Counted from the first letter of the stretch, positions 9,777 through 20,242 are shown. The stretch is 64,000 nt of DNA from Nitrospira sp. (GCA_047150005.1 AP038806.1:1728001-1792000), one strand, 5' to 3'. A program made the numbers and translations. Notes: generated by a model not told the origin, from the sequence alone.

Positions 9777-10153
9777 TGGACGTGTTCCTTTATCGCGAAG
9801 AGGCTTCGGCGCGGCATCAGATGAACGCGCCCCGCCATGGACTGAGCTCTGACGAGACAGGCGGCGCTTAGGCCGGCCAGGAGGCCGCCCACCAACCCGT
9901 AGGAGGCCCACAGCGAAAGGCCCGCCAAGACGGTCAGCCCATGCACGAGCATCAGCAGCAGAAACGGGGCGGCGACCGCCGCCAGGGCGATCCCGATCCC
10001 GAATCCGGAGGCGGCTCGTCCCGTCTTGGACAACTCCAATTGGAATTCATGGCGCAACGGCTGCGCCTCTTGCCGCATCAGTGTCTTGAAGTCTTCGAGA
10101 ATCCCGCCCAGGAGAGACGCCAATCCGACGCGTCGTGGCGTTGTATCGTCCAT
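9740..10153 (-). CDS. Phage_holin_3_6-like membrane protein (YhjD/DUF1469-type)
   Basis: SLLGGILEDFKTLMRQE..L..E, two TM segments, C-terminal P.RSL..IKE..QWI. Confidence 0.7.
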   Translation of the reverse strand: MDDTTPRRVGLASLLGGILEDFKTLMRQEAQPLRHEFQLELSKTGRAASGFGIGIALAAVAAPFLLLMLVHGLTVLAGLSLWASYGLVGGLLAGLSAACLVRAQSMAGRVHLMPRRSLFAIKEHVQWITERMTYKRT

Positions 10154-10188
10154 CGGTTACCTCATTTGACGCTGGTTCGGTTCTGTGG

Positions 10189-10665
10189 CTAGGCCGCGCG
10201 TCTCGGATCCTCTTCTTTCATCCGCCGGACGTCGTCGGCGACTTGCATGAGTTCGGCACCGCTCAACAACTTGCGCGCGAGAGAGAAGATCGTCTGTTCT
10301 TCCTGCTCGAAATGGCGACAGACTTCAGCCATCAGTCGCTCGATCTCGAGCTGGAACTCCTCGTCGTGCGACAGGACATCTCGGACCTGCGCGATGCGCT
10401 TGCTGAGATCCTGATGGTCCCGCACCGCCTCGGCCAAGAGCGCGGCGGCTTCTTGGGGAGCAGCGGCAGAGAGACGCGCAGCCAAGACCGGATAGAACAG
10501 CTCGGTTTCGATCATTCCATGCAGTTCCACGGTTCGCAAAATCCGGCTGGCGATAAAATAGCGATCGTCCCCTCCGGCGGTTTCAAATGCTTCGTAGAGA
10601 CTTCGAGCCTGTTCATGGTCCCGAAGCAGGACTGCTAAGGCGTCTTCTCGTTTCTTCGCCTGCAT
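10189..10665 (-). CDS. Hemerythrin-like (HHE) domain protein
   Basis: DALAVLLRDH, ELHGMIETELFYP, DH, HFEQEEQTIF; start reassigned to ATG 10665 below the predicted promoter. Confidence 0.8.
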   Translation of the reverse strand: MQAKKREDALAVLLRDHEQARSLYEAFETAGGDDRYFIASRILRTVELHGMIETELFYPVLAARLSAAAPQEAAALLAEAVRDHQDLSKRIAQVRDVLSHDEEFQLEIERLMAEVCRHFEQEEQTIFSLARKLLSGAELMQVADDVRRMKEEDPRRAA

Positions 10666-10684
10666 GGCTATTGACCTGAAATCG

Positions 10685-10730
10685 ACCTTAGCAACCGCGG
10701 TCCGCTTGCACCAACTGGTAGGCTCCCTAG
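10685..10730 (-). promoter_or_regulatory. CTAGGG-box promoter of the hemerythrin operon
   Basis: CTAGGGAGCCTACCAG (10715-10730), 24 nt, TAAGGT (10685-10690) preceded by TGC (extended -10). Confidence 0.65.
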
Positions 10731-10894
10731 CCCGCACTCTTCACGATGACTTCTGCTGCAACCGCCGATATGCCGCTGCGACAAGGTTTCGCCCGTCTCG
10801 CGCGGCATCTCCGCGGTTTCGTCACGAACTCTCGTGAATCATGCGGGCTAGCCACGACCGGTCGGTTCGCCACGACAGGAGATCGTCGGATGGT

Positions 10895-13801
10895 TCAGGA
10901 GAGGCGCTCCAGTACAGCCACCGGGCAATGACCGAAGACTTGGCTCAATGAAAGGACACGGCGGCTGTTGACCGACTCGGCTGCGAAGGTTTCTCCGGTC
11001 AGAACATGGCGGTACTCGCCGAGTGTCGGCCAGGGGGGCACCGCTACCCAACTGTCTTCCCAAATGGAAGGCCCGATTGGGAGCTGTTTCTCGTCCGGAG
11101 CCAAGGTGGCAACCAGGCGAGGCACGACGGTCATGACGGCCTGTCGGTCGCGTACGCGGGCGAAGGCGCAGAGATGCCGCTTCTTGTTGCCGCCGCATTC
11201 AAGAGGCAGATAGTCGCCCAGTTGAAACAGCTCGGGACGATGCCTGCGCTGTTCCAGCCCGAGCATGATGGTGAGCAGCTTCACCCGCCCATCTTCCGGC
11301 TGCTCGAAGAGTGAGCGCACAAACGCCGCGCGGTCCGACCCGATCCGCTCGATCGTGGTGCGCAGCTCGTCAAGGGCCGAAGCTCTGACCGCATAATCCA
11401 CCGGGCCGCGGTTGTCCGGGTCGACCAGGTGGAAATTCCACACCTCGGCGCCCTGATACACGTCCGGAACCCCCGGGGCGGTAATCTTGAGCAGGACCTG
11501 TGCGATCGAATTGTAGAGGCCGTATTGTGCCACCCGGGCTTGGAACGGCAGGAAATCCTCGAGAAAGCGGTTGGCTGGGATGCGGTCCAGTACCGTCTCG
11601 ATGAAGCTCTGGAGCGCCTGGTCATAGGTCGGGCTGGGATTGACCCAGCTGCTGTGGATCTTCGCTTCGTGCACGGCTTTGTGCATGTAGCGCTGAATGC
11701 GGTCGCAGAAGGTTCGATAGGCCTGGTCGGTCAGCGGCTCAAGGGGCCATGCGCCGATCAACGTCTGATACAGGAGATATTCATCGTTGCGGTCCGGTAT
11801 CCGTTCTCCGTCGATTTCGCGGCGATGCGGGCGGTTCAGCCGGCTCCATCGGCCGATCCGTGATTTCCATTCCTGGGGCAACTCGGATAGCACGTTGATC
11901 CGTGCGCGCACGTCTTCACTCCGCTTGGTGTCGTGGGTGGACGATGCCGACAGACCGTGCGGCCAGCGGGCTTGCCGCTCCTTCATGCGTCTGTGGAATT
12001 CTTCGACCGACAAGCCGAACTGATCCGGATCGCCGCCGACCTCGTTGAGCGAGATCAGCCGGTGATAACGGTAGTACACCGTGTCCTCGACGCCCTTTGC
12101 GGTGACCGGGCTGGTGGTCTGCTGAAATTTCATGACGAACCGCATCCGTTCCTCGCGGTCCTCCGGTGTCCTGGCGTCCCCCTGCTTGAGGAGCAGGGAG
12201 CGGATAAAATCGAATACCTGCCCGTCGATCGCCGGATTGCGCCGCTTTGCCCGGGCGACGGCCATGTGGATGTAGGCTCGGTCACGGTCCGAGACCGGCT
12301 CCGGTCCGTCGGTAATGTAGGTTCGATAGACCGGAAAGCAGGCGATGATTTCCCGAATGGCATGCGTCAGGCTGTTCAAGGTGAAGTCCCGCGACCGGCG
12401 ATCCCGCTCCGATAGGACGTTGAGCTGATGCCCCAGGACGTTGATCTCGCTCGACATCGACACCTGCATGATCAGCTGCTTGCCCGCATAGACCAGGTCC
12501 TGGTACGCGTCCTCACGGCCGACGACTCTGGCATAGATGTCCGTGAACAGGCGTTTGTGGTCGACGGCGACGAACAGGCCGTTGACGTCGTTGAGAAATT
12601 CGTAGCCGGTCGTGCCGTGAATGGGCCAGGTGTCGGGCAGCGATTCGTCTTGGCCGAGGATCTTTTCGACGACGATATAGAAAAGGGATGCGTCGAGATC
12701 GCCGTCGTCCCGGTCTATCAGCTCACGCAGATGCCGGAGATACCGACCGGGATCATAGAGGCCGTCCACATGATCGATGCGGCATCCCCGCACGATCCCT
12801 TGTCGGATCAAGCGCAGCACCAGCTGGTGGGCCTCTTGAAACACCGCCTCGTCTTCGACGCGGATGGCGGCCAGCTCATTGATGTCGAAGAAGCGGCGAT
12901 AGTTGATTTCTTCCGACGCCACCTTCCACGACGCGAGTCGGTACGCTTGGTCATCCAGCAGTCGGTCCAGGAGGTTGAAGCTCTCCGGCCGGTCTCGTTC
13001 CCCGTTGAAGAGGCGAAGATTCTCCATCACGAACGTCCGCACCAAGGGGTGGTCTCCCAGCAGCACCGCCAGCCGTTTCTTGATGACCTCCTTCTCCCGG
13101 CTGCGTTCCTCGATCACTCTCGGGTCCCGCTCGTCCGGCCCCGGGAGATTTTTCAGAGCCGTGACGATGCTCTGCAGTTCCATCACCGGCATGTCCTGTT
13201 CGCCCTCGCGGACCAATTTGTCGAGTTGATACGACAGGAAGCTGACCCAGGTCTTGGGCGCCAGCGGCAATTCATGGTCACGGTAGCGCAGCAGGAAGGT
13301 GCCTTCCTCATAGGCGATCTGAATCTCCCGCCGTTCGAGCACCGCGCCGTATTGGTCGGCCAGGATCGGCAGCAGGACTTTGTTCTCCAACTCGCGCTTG
13401 ATGGGATGCCAGTCGATGTCGAATGCGGCAGCGTAGCGGGAGCCGGGGCCGTTCTCCAGGACGTCACGCCACCAGCCGTTCAGGGTCTTGCCGATTCCCA
13501 TGTGATTGGGGACCGTGTCGATCACGAGACCTAAGTTGTGCGACCGAACGGTTTCGACGAACCGGGTGAAGTCCTCCTCGGTGCCCAGATCGGGATTCAG
13601 GACGGCGGGGTTGATGACGTCGTAGCCGTGCGTGCTGCCGGGCATCGCCCGGTTGATCGGAGAGAGGTAACAGTCGCTGATGCCGAGCGCGCGCAGATAG
13701 GGGACGATCTCGCCGGCCTGGGCAAATGTGAAGCCGTAATGCAATTGCAGCCGGTAGGTGGCCAAGGGCAAGGACAAGGGCGAAGGGATGGACGACGGCA
13801 T
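10895..13801 (-). CDS. treY: Malto-oligosyltrehalose synthase
   Basis: [74 protein letters not shown]; start at MPSSIP. Confidence 0.95.
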   Translation of the reverse strand: MPSSIPSPLSLPLATYRLQLHYGFTFAQAGEIVPYLRALGISDCYLSPINRAMPGSTHGYDVINPAVLNPDLGTEEDFTRFVETVRSHNLGLVIDTVPNHMGIGKTLNGWWRDVLENGPGSRYAAAFDIDWHPIKRELENKVLLPILADQYGAVLERREIQIAYEEGTFLLRYRDHELPLAPKTWVSFLSYQLDKLVREGEQDMPVMELQSIVTALKNLPGPDERDPRVIEERSREKEVIKKRLAVLLGDHPLVRTFVMENLRLFNGERDRPESFNLLDRLLDDQAYRLASWKVASEEINYRRFFDINELAAIRVEDEAVFQEAHQLVLRLIRQGIVRGCRIDHVDGLYDPGRYLRHLRELIDRDDGDLDASLFYIVVEKILGQDESLPDTWPIHGTTGYEFLNDVNGLFVAVDHKRLFTDIYARVVGREDAYQDLVYAGKQLIMQVSMSSEINVLGHQLNVLSERDRRSRDFTLNSLTHAIREIIACFPVYRTYITDGPEPVSDRDRAYIHMAVARAKRRNPAIDGQVFDFIRSLLLKQGDARTPEDREERMRFVMKFQQTTSPVTAKGVEDTVYYRYHRLISLNEVGGDPDQFGLSVEEFHRRMKERQARWPHGLSASSTHDTKRSEDVRARINVLSELPQEWKSRIGRWSRLNRPHRREIDGERIPDRNDEYLLYQTLIGAWPLEPLTDQAYRTFCDRIQRYMHKAVHEAKIHSSWVNPSPTYDQALQSFIETVLDRIPANRFLEDFLPFQARVAQYGLYNSIAQVLLKITAPGVPDVYQGAEVWNFHLVDPDNRGPVDYAVRASALDELRTTIERIGSDRAAFVRSLFEQPEDGRVKLLTIMLGLEQRRHRPELFQLGDYLPLECGGNKKRHLCAFARVRDRQAVMTVVPRLVATLAPDEKQLPIGPSIWEDSWVAVPPWPTLGEYRHVLTGETFAAESVNSRRVLSLSQVFGHCPVAVLERLS

Positions 13802-13817
13802 GGCGTCACGTCCGGCG

Positions 13818-15059
13818 TCACGAGGCTTGGCGAAGCCGGCCGGGCTCCGCGTCGACCGAGGGATGCGGCAGCACGACCAGGCCGGATTCCGACACGTGGA
13901 AGCGCGCGGCGTCCCGCTCCGGCTCATAGCCGATGCGGCTGTGTCCGGGAATCACGGCGCCACGGTCGGCGATGACGCGGCGCAGCCGGGCTTGCGGGCC
14001 CACATGGACGTCGTCGAGAAGGACGCACTCTTCGAGCCGCGCGCCCCGTTCGATGCGGACTCCTCGCCCGATGACGGATCGCCGGATGTCGGCTTCGACG
14101 CATTGGCTGGATTGTCCGATCATCGAATCGTCGATGCGGCTATGGATCAACGAAGGCATCGGTCCATCGTACCGGCCGGAGATGATCGGCCAATCGGCGT
14201 TACGTAGATCCAGGATCGGCGCTTCGCCGAGCAGATCCATGTTCGCTTGCCAGTAGGCATCCAAGGTGCCGACGTCGCGCCAGTAGCCCCGTTCCTCGTA
14301 GGTGCGAAGCCCCGGGATCCGGTTGTCGGATAGGTCATAGGCATGGACCAGATGATCGACGAGCAGCTCCGGCACGATATTGCGGCCGAAGTCGTGCGGA
14401 CCCTCGCGGGATGCGTCGCGTTTCAGCAGCGGGACCAGGGTCTCGGTGTTGAAGAGGTAATTGCCCATGGAGGACAGCGCGTAGCCGTCGCGGGCCGGCA
14501 TGGGTTTGGGGTGAGCCGGCTTCTCTTGGAACCCGATCATCCGTCCGCTCTCGTCGGTTTCCACGATGCCGAATCCGGTAGCCGCTTTCACCGGGACGGG
14601 CAGCACGGCGACGGTGACATCTGCCTGCGTTTCGAGATGACGGCTCACCATTTGGTCGATGTCCATTCGGTAGATGTGGTCCGCGCCGAAGACCGCGATC
14701 ACGTCCGGCCGAAAATCCGCAATGAGATTGAGATTCTGATAGATGGCGTCCGCCGTACCTTCGTACCACCCTTCGCGGGCCCGCATCTGCGGCGGCACCA
14801 CACTGACGAAATTGTCTTTGTTCCGGCCGCCGATCTGCCACGCGTTGCGCAGGTGCTCAATCAGCGATTGGGAGCGGTATTGAACAAGGACATGAAGCGC
14901 GGTGATGCCGGAATTGACGAAATTGCTGAGGACAAAATCCACGATCCGATAGGTCCCGCCGAATGGGACCGCCGGTTTGCTACGCACCTCTGTCAAGGGA
15001 AGCAGTCGCGAGCCCTTGCCGCCGGCCATGATCATGCCCAATACACGCGTCGATTTCAT
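13818..15059 (-). CDS. glgC: Glucose-1-phosphate adenylyltransferase
   Basis: AGGKGSRLLPLT..RSKPAVPFGG, GTADAIYQN, GADHIYRMD, EKP, SMGNYLF, DFG, YWRDVGT; start reassigned to 15059 because ATG 15116 lies inside the predicted -10. Confidence 0.95.
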   Translation of the reverse strand: MKSTRVLGMIMAGGKGSRLLPLTEVRSKPAVPFGGTYRIVDFVLSNFVNSGITALHVLVQYRSQSLIEHLRNAWQIGGRNKDNFVSVVPPQMRAREGWYEGTADAIYQNLNLIADFRPDVIAVFGADHIYRMDIDQMVSRHLETQADVTVAVLPVPVKAATGFGIVETDESGRMIGFQEKPAHPKPMPARDGYALSSMGNYLFNTETLVPLLKRDASREGPHDFGRNIVPELLVDHLVHAYDLSDNRIPGLRTYEERGYWRDVGTLDAYWQANMDLLGEAPILDLRNADWPIISGRYDGPMPSLIHSRIDDSMIGQSSQCVEADIRRSVIGRGVRIERGARLEECVLLDDVHVGPQARLRRVIADRGAVIPGHSRIGYEPERDAARFHVSESGLVVLPHPSVDAEPGRLRQAS

Positions 15060-15111
15060 AGGTCGTGCCCCGCTGGTTCCCGACGTGGATGGCGCGCCGG
15101 TTTCATCCGGC

Positions 15112-15157
15112 ACCATAGCAAGCTGTTGGGCGATCCCCTAACTGGGAAATACCCTTG
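15112..15157 (-). promoter_or_regulatory. CTAGGG-box promoter of glgC-treY
   Basis: CAAGGGTATTTCCCAG (15142-15157), 24 nt, TATGGT (15112-15117) preceded by TGC; adjacent degenerate copy TTAGGGGATCGCCCAA at 15126-15141. Confidence 0.65.
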
Positions 15158-15265
15158 GCTAACGGGCGCGCGTTCCGGTATCTTGTGTCTGCAGGGGAGG
15201 CCACGACTACTACTCACCCCCCCGCCTCGGGACGCTGTATGATCTCCTCGCCTGGATTGAGGGGC

Positions 15266-15310
15266 CTAGGGAATCTCCCAGTAGGCTTCGCGAGAGGCGG
15301 CGGCGAAGAT
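15266..15310 (+). promoter_or_regulatory. CTAGGG-box upstream of the BON gene
   Basis: CTAGGGAATCTCCCAG (15266-15281), 23 nt, GAAGAT (weak -10). Confidence 0.55.
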
Positions 15311-15352
15311 GGACCTCGCAGTCGTGAAATGATGCATCGGTAGGAGCCGGGA

Positions 15353-16354
15353 TTGGTTTCGTTGTCCGTGATAATCCGCAAAGCCGGAGCCGTTGGTTGG
15401 CTCGCGATCCTCTGTTTCGTGCTCCTATGGTGGCAAGTCCCCCGGCTTGAAGCAGCCGACAACAGCGACGAACGGTCAAAGGATTCAGGACCGGCCCCCG
15501 AATCGAAGAAGAAGCTGGAAGCGGACACCAAGACCGACGCGGGCGGAAAATCCCCACCCGAGGAGAAGGTCAAGGAAGAAAAGCCCAGGGCTGAAGACAA
15601 GAGCAAGACGGACGAGAAAGTCAAGGTCGAAGAGAAGGCCAAGACTGAGGAAAAGGCGAAGACCGAAGAGAAGGCCAAAACCGAGGAGAAGGCCAAGGAA
15701 GAAAAGTCCAAGGTCGAAGAGAAGGCCAGGACTGAGGAAAAAGCGAAGACCGAAGAGAAGGCTAAGGTCGAAGAAAAAGGGAAGGCGGAGGACAAAGCCA
15801 AGTCCGAGGACAAGACAAAGGTTGAGGAGAGAGCGAAGGTCGAGGACAAGGCCAAGCCGGAAGAGCCGGCACAAGCCAAGACGGAGGATCCCGGCAAGAA
15901 GCCGGTGACGTCACTCAACCTCACGATTAAGTTGGCGCTGATGGCGGATCCGCTGCTCTTTCCGTTCGATATCGAAGTGGAAATGGACAGTCGCAAAGCC
16001 GTCCTGAGCGGCAGCGTGCCGACGGAGGAGGAGAAGAGCCGCGCGGCCGATATCGTCAAGAAGATCGACGGCGTCGACGCGGTTGTGAACAAATTGACCC
16101 CCTCTCCCACTCTCCGGGCCTCGCTGGCCAAGAAGCAGGATGAAACGATCGCCCATCTCGTCCGGGATCGTCTCGCGCGCAGCGAGACCCTGAAGGCCGT
16201 GGGATTCGACGTGAAAGCGGAGAACGGCGTCGTGCTGTTGAGCGGCAAGACCCGGTTTCAGGTCATCGCACTGGAAGCGGCGGAAGCGGCCAGACACGTT
16301 CCCGGCGTTCGAGCAGTCAACACTTCCGGCGTGCAGATCATCGCAAAAGAGTAG
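15353..16354 (+). CDS. Exported BON-domain protein with Lys/Glu-rich repeat linker
   Basis: Signal-like hydrophobic N-terminus; two BON domains (AVLSGSVPTEEEKSRAADIVKKIDGVDAVVNKL; GVVLLSG...VPGVRAV); start position uncertain. Confidence 0.85.
   Translation: MVSLSVIIRKAGAVGWLAILCFVLLWWQVPRLEAADNSDERSKDSGPAPESKKKLEADTKTDAGGKSPPEEKVKEEKPRAEDKSKTDEKVKVEEKAKTEEKAKTEEKAKTEEKAKEEKSKVEEKARTEEKAKTEEKAKVEEKGKAEDKAKSEDKTKVEERAKVEDKAKPEEPAQAKTEDPGKKPVTSLNLTIKLALMADPLLFPFDIEVEMDSRKAVLSGSVPTEEEKSRAADIVKKIDGVDAVVNKLTPSPTLRASLAKKQDETIAHLVRDRLARSETLKAVGFDVKAENGVVLLSGKTRFQVIALEAAEAARHVPGVRAVNTSGVQIIAKE
15561..15858 (+). repeat. Coding 18-bp (KTEEKA-type) tandem repeat
   Basis: About 14-16 hexapeptide units; higher-order 87-bp period (aaggtcgaagagaaggcc at 15623 and 15710). 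Confidence 0.9.
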
Positions 16355-16406
16355 CGGCCCCAAAACAGGCCCCATCGGAACTCATCTCAACCTTGCATGG
16401 GGGACC

Positions 16407-17723
16407 GTGTCAGTGCAGGACCGTTCGGTCCCTCTCACAACTCAACTCGGTCCGCGGCGCTGGCTTCTCAGCCGCGATTTCAGTCTGGTGTGGTGGGGCC
16501 AGGTCGTCTCGCAGGTCGGAGACGGCATCTCCAAGCTGGCGCTGCTGTGGTTCGTCTACTCCGTCACCGGCTCGCCGCTGAAGACCAGCGTCATCGGATT
16601 GCTGCAAACGGTGCCCGCCATCGTGTTGGCTCCTCTCATCGGTGTCGCCGTGGATCGACTCCCGAAGAAGATGCTGTTGATCCTGTCGGATCTCGTGCGG
16701 GCGCTCGTCATCGGCCTGATTCCCTGCTGGATGCCCGTCGATACCTTTACGGTCTCGGCGCTGTACGTGCTGGTGACCCTGCACGCCATGGCGACCGCCG
16801 TCTTCGGCCCGGCGCTTACCGCTTCCATCCCGTCGCTGGTTGCACCCGCCCAATACACCTCCGCCAACGCTTTGCTGCAGGTGACGACAAGCTTGGGGAT
16901 CATCATGGGGCCGGCCTTGAGCGGATTGGGCATCGCCGCCTTGAGTTCCCAGGAAGTCCTGTGCCTCAACGCCGCCACGTACGTCATCTCCGCCGCCTGT
17001 TTTCTCCCCATCCGGTTCGCGCCGTCTGTATCGAGCGGCGAATCTGATTCCCTTGCTTCGACCTGGGGCGACGTCATGGAAGGGTTCCTCTATGTGGTCA
17101 GAGGCCGGCCGCTGGTGCTGTTTCTCACCGCGACCGCGTCGCTGTATACCTTCGCGACGGCCGCGTTCACGACGCTGTTTCCCGTGTTTGCGAGAAAACT
17201 GCTGGACCTCGGGCCGGTCGAAGTCGGGTATCTGTGGTCGATGCTCGGGGTCGGGCTGCTGGGCGTGTCGGTGGTGCTCACCACGATCAGCGCCTGGGAC
17301 GTCAAACGTCGCCTGAAGATCATTGCCGTGGCAAGCGCCGCGAGTGGCGCCGCTCTACTGGCCTTGGTGTGGGCCGCACGTCCGGCGGCGGCAGCCGGTC
17401 TGCTCATTCTCCTGGGTGGTGGGCTCGGGGTGCTCACACCTATCGCGTGGGGAGTCCTGCAGGAAGTGACGCCTCCACACCTGTTGGGCCGTGTATTGGG
17501 GTTCTACACGATGGGAGCGATGGGCGCGGCCATGGGAGGGATTACGTTCTTCGGCTGGGTCACAGGCGAATACGGCGTGCCGGTCAGTATTACCGTCATC
17601 GGCTTGGTCATGGCCGGTACGGGACTTTGGACCGGTCATTTCCTAGGCCGAATGACCGAGCCAGCTGTGGCCCATATGGTCCCGCAGCCGATGGCCGGTG
17701 AAGGGGATACCTGTCAGTCGTGA
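16407..17723 (+). CDS. MFS transporter (DHA3/macrolide-efflux-like)
   Basis: About 12 TM segments; DFSLVWWGQVVSQVGD, GVAVDRLPKK, LQEVTP..LLGRV. Confidence 0.9.
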   Translation: MSVQDRSVPLTTQLGPRRWLLSRDFSLVWWGQVVSQVGDGISKLALLWFVYSVTGSPLKTSVIGLLQTVPAIVLAPLIGVAVDRLPKKMLLILSDLVRALVIGLIPCWMPVDTFTVSALYVLVTLHAMATAVFGPALTASIPSLVAPAQYTSANALLQVTTSLGIIMGPALSGLGIAALSSQEVLCLNAATYVISAACFLPIRFAPSVSSGESDSLASTWGDVMEGFLYVVRGRPLVLFLTATASLYTFATAAFTTLFPVFARKLLDLGPVEVGYLWSMLGVGLLGVSVVLTTISAWDVKRRLKIIAVASAASGAALLALVWAARPAAAAGLLILLGGGLGVLTPIAWGVLQEVTPPHLLGRVLGFYTMGAMGAAMGGITFFGWVTGEYGVPVSITVIGLVMAGTGLWTGHFLGRMTEPAVAHMVPQPMAGEGDTCQS

Positions 17724-17747
17724 CTGGAAGTTTGTATGGTCGGGCCT

Positions 17748-17763
17748 CTAGGGAAAGGTCCAG
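17748..17763 (+). promoter_or_regulatory. CTAGGG-box upstream of the second MFS gene
   Basis: CTAGGGAAAGGTCCAG; no -10 at the 23-24 nt spacing seen at the other sites. Confidence 0.4.
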
Positions 17764-18001
17764 GTCGCGATCGAGCTGCAGCAGAATTGGTAAGACAAAT
17801 TGTCCTCATGGGGCGAAATAGTCTTGAACTTCACCGCCGATCGCCATGCTAACCCCATATGATAAAACGCAACGCCCTCTTGATCTGGGGGTGCACTTTG
17901 AGGCAAGGTCTGTGCATTTCACCTCGTCAGGATCCGACAGTGCGCATCTCGACAATCCGTCATCACCGACGATCAACCAACCCAGGACATGTGAACCTAT
18001 C

Positions 18002-19330
18002 ATGACGCGTCTCCCGAATGATCGATCCGATTCTTCCCCCGATGCTTCCGATGCGACGTCCAGCACACCGGGCTGGGGTCTGCTCAAGACCAAGAACTTT
18101 GCCCTGCTGTTCTGGGGACAGATGACGTCTCAGGTCGGCGATAGCCTCAACCGGGTCGCCCTACTCTGGTTCGTCTATCAATTGACCGGATCGGCCATGA
18201 AAATGGTCGTGATCGGCCTTCTGCAAACGATTCCGCCGCTTATCCTGGGTCCCTTGATCGGGGTTTATTTGGATCGAGTGGACAAGAAATCCGTCATGAT
18301 CAAGGTCGATCTGGCACGGACGTTTCTGGTACTGATGATTCCCGTGCTGTACGCGATCGGCGAATTGTCGCTCGAGCGGTTGTACGTGGCCGTGTTCTTG
18401 CTGGCTGTGGTATCGACGGTGTTCGGGCCGGCCCTCTCCTCTTCGGTTCCGCAGATCGTTCGTCGTGATCAATTGACCGCGGCGAACGCGTTACTCCAGA
18501 CCACCACGAACGTGGGTTTGCTTATCGGTCCCCTGATCAGCGGAATCGGGATCGCGTTGGTCGGGTCACAGAACGTCTTGTACGTGAATGCCGCAACGTT
18601 TTTCGTGTCGGCGCTCTGCCTCGTCGGCATCCGTCTGCAGCCCGTACCCAGGGAGGCGGGAGCGGAGGAGCCTGTGCGCGGAAGTTTGAAACAGGAGCTG
18701 ATGGCGGGGATTCGCTTCGTATGCTTCGATCAGTCCATGCTCGTCCTGATGCTGGCCGCCGCCCTCTACAGTTTGGCCGCGAGCGCCTTCGCGTTCATGT
18801 TGCCGGTCTTCGCGGAGCAGAATCTCAGCGCAGGCGCGTTGGAGTTGGGAGTGCTCTGGTCTGCCCTGGGCGCCGGCATGCTGGCGACGTCGACCTGGCT
18901 GGCCTCTCTGGCGCAAGGCGATCTGGCTCGCCGTTTCACCCTCATCTTCCGCTCGATGGTGGTCGGGGGTCTTGCCATGTGCGGACTCAGTTTGCTGACG
19001 GCTCCGTTGATCGCCGGAGCGCTGATTCTGATCATCGGCGGAAGCACGGCTTTGTTCATGCCGATCGTGTGGGGCGTGTTGCAGGAGGTGACACCGGCTC
19101 CGTTGCTGGGGCGCGTCTTTACGACGTTCAGCACCGGTTCCATGGCCTCGGCCATGGCCGGGATGGCCGGGTTTGGGTGGGCTGCCGACACGATGGGACC
19201 GCATGTCAGCTTGTTGGGGATCGGCCTTGTCCTGCTCGGCACTGCCTGCGTGGCGGCGTTGTCCAGCCGTCAATTCAGACGGATTGCCGGTCGTTACCAC
19301 ACACAACCGGCCGGGGAATTGGCGGTCTAG
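18002..19330 (+). CDS. MFS transporter (paralog of the upstream MFS)
   Basis: NFALLFWGQMTSQVGD, GVYLDRVDKK, LQEVTPAPLLGRV; start reassigned to ATG 18002. Confidence 0.9.
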   Translation: MTRLPNDRSDSSPDASDATSSTPGWGLLKTKNFALLFWGQMTSQVGDSLNRVALLWFVYQLTGSAMKMVVIGLLQTIPPLILGPLIGVYLDRVDKKSVMIKVDLARTFLVLMIPVLYAIGELSLERLYVAVFLLAVVSTVFGPALSSSVPQIVRRDQLTAANALLQTTTNVGLLIGPLISGIGIALVGSQNVLYVNAATFFVSALCLVGIRLQPVPREAGAEEPVRGSLKQELMAGIRFVCFDQSMLVLMLAAALYSLAASAFAFMLPVFAEQNLSAGALELGVLWSALGAGMLATSTWLASLAQGDLARRFTLIFRSMVVGGLAMCGLSLLTAPLIAGALILIIGGSTALFMPIVWGVLQEVTPAPLLGRVFTTFSTGSMASAMAGMAGFGWAADTMGPHVSLLGIGLVLLGTACVAALSSRQFRRIAGRYHTQPAGELAV

Positions 19331-19421
19331 CGCGGATCCGTTCGCGAGACACGCCAACCGTCTGACCTCTTACGTATCGACTTTTTCTTACTCCTTCTCC
19401 TTGGGCCCTGCCGATAGATCC

Positions 19422-19779
19422 TCACGCGGCTCGCTTGCGCAGCCGTTCGGTGTCCTCGACCCGGCGGTCAACGATGCGCCAATTGATGTTGGCGAAAAAG
19501 GCATCGATATACTGCGGCCGCTGAGAGGGGGCATCATCCAAGAGATAGGCATGTTCCCAGACATCCATGACGAGCACCGGCGCGAAGCCGGCAACGTTGC
19601 CGTGCTCATGTCAGGTGACCCAAGGGTTCGTGAGCCGGCCGTTGTCCGGATCCTGATAACAGATGGCCCAGCCGACGCCCCGCATTTTCCCCACGCTGGC
19701 GAAATCCGTCCTCCAGCGATCGAAACTGTCGAATGACGCTTCCGCCCTTCGGCGAAAGGCGGACGCTCCGTCCGGCTCT
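19422..19779 (-). pseudogene. Fe/Mn superoxide dismutase C-terminal remnant
   Basis: Manual translation: ..FDRWRTDFASVGKMRGVGWAICYQDPDNGRLTNPWVT*HEHGNVAGFAPVLVMDVWEHAYLLD..YIDAFFANINW; DVWEHAY signature; in-frame TGA at 19611-19613; N-terminal half absent. Confidence 0.88.
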
Positions 19780-19810
19780 CGGATCGTTCGGTCGGGTTCT
19801 CATGACCGTC

Positions 19811-20242
19811 TCACCGAACCGGTGTCACGTCCGGCGTCGCAATCTCGAGGACATAGATCTGGGGACGTAACGTTTCTCCCTGATGATGAAAGTCCACGAG
19901 GGCATTGTGGTCGTTCAGCGTGATGACGACGAGCTCTCCCGGTTTGAAGGTGTGGCCCTTGTCCGTTGTCGGCTTCAATGGAATGTACAGTGCCTTCGGA
20001 TTTCCGATATCCACCTCCATTTGATTGCCTCGGATGTCCTTGACGTGGCCGGTGACCAGGCGGTTGCCCGCGAGTTGGGTTTTCGTTTGCTGGGTGATGA
20101 CCTGTTCGCGATTTCCGATCGGAACGGTCCCAGATGGGGACTCCCCAGCCGCCGGTTCGAAACCGGCTCCGATGGCCGCTCCGGCGCTCACTCCGACGGT
20201 GATGCCGACGGCGAGCACGCGTGCCACGTGGATAGTCTTCAT
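19811..20242 (-). CDS. Exported hypothetical protein (possibly 3'-truncated)
   Basis: RBS (GAGGAG) above ATG 20242; signal peptide MKTIHVARVLAVGITVGVSAGAAIG; beta-rich domain. Confidence 0.6.
   Translation of the reverse strand: MKTIHVARVLAVGITVGVSAGAAIGAGFEPAAGESPSGTVPIGNREQVITQQTKTQLAGNRLVTGHVKDIRGNQMEVDIGNPKALYIPLKPTTDKGHTFKPGELVVITLNDHNALVDFHHQGETLRPQIYVLEIATPDVTPVR

Noticed and set aside
9740..10153. Holin as evidence of a prophage
   Set aside because: Holin_3_6-like genes commonly sit in stress clusters with DUF3618-type genes; no endolysin or structural phage genes nearby
19611..19613. In-frame TGA in the SOD fragment as selenocysteine or readthrough
   Set aside because: Position is not a Cys site, the N-terminal metal-ligand half and start are missing, so pseudogenisation is simpler
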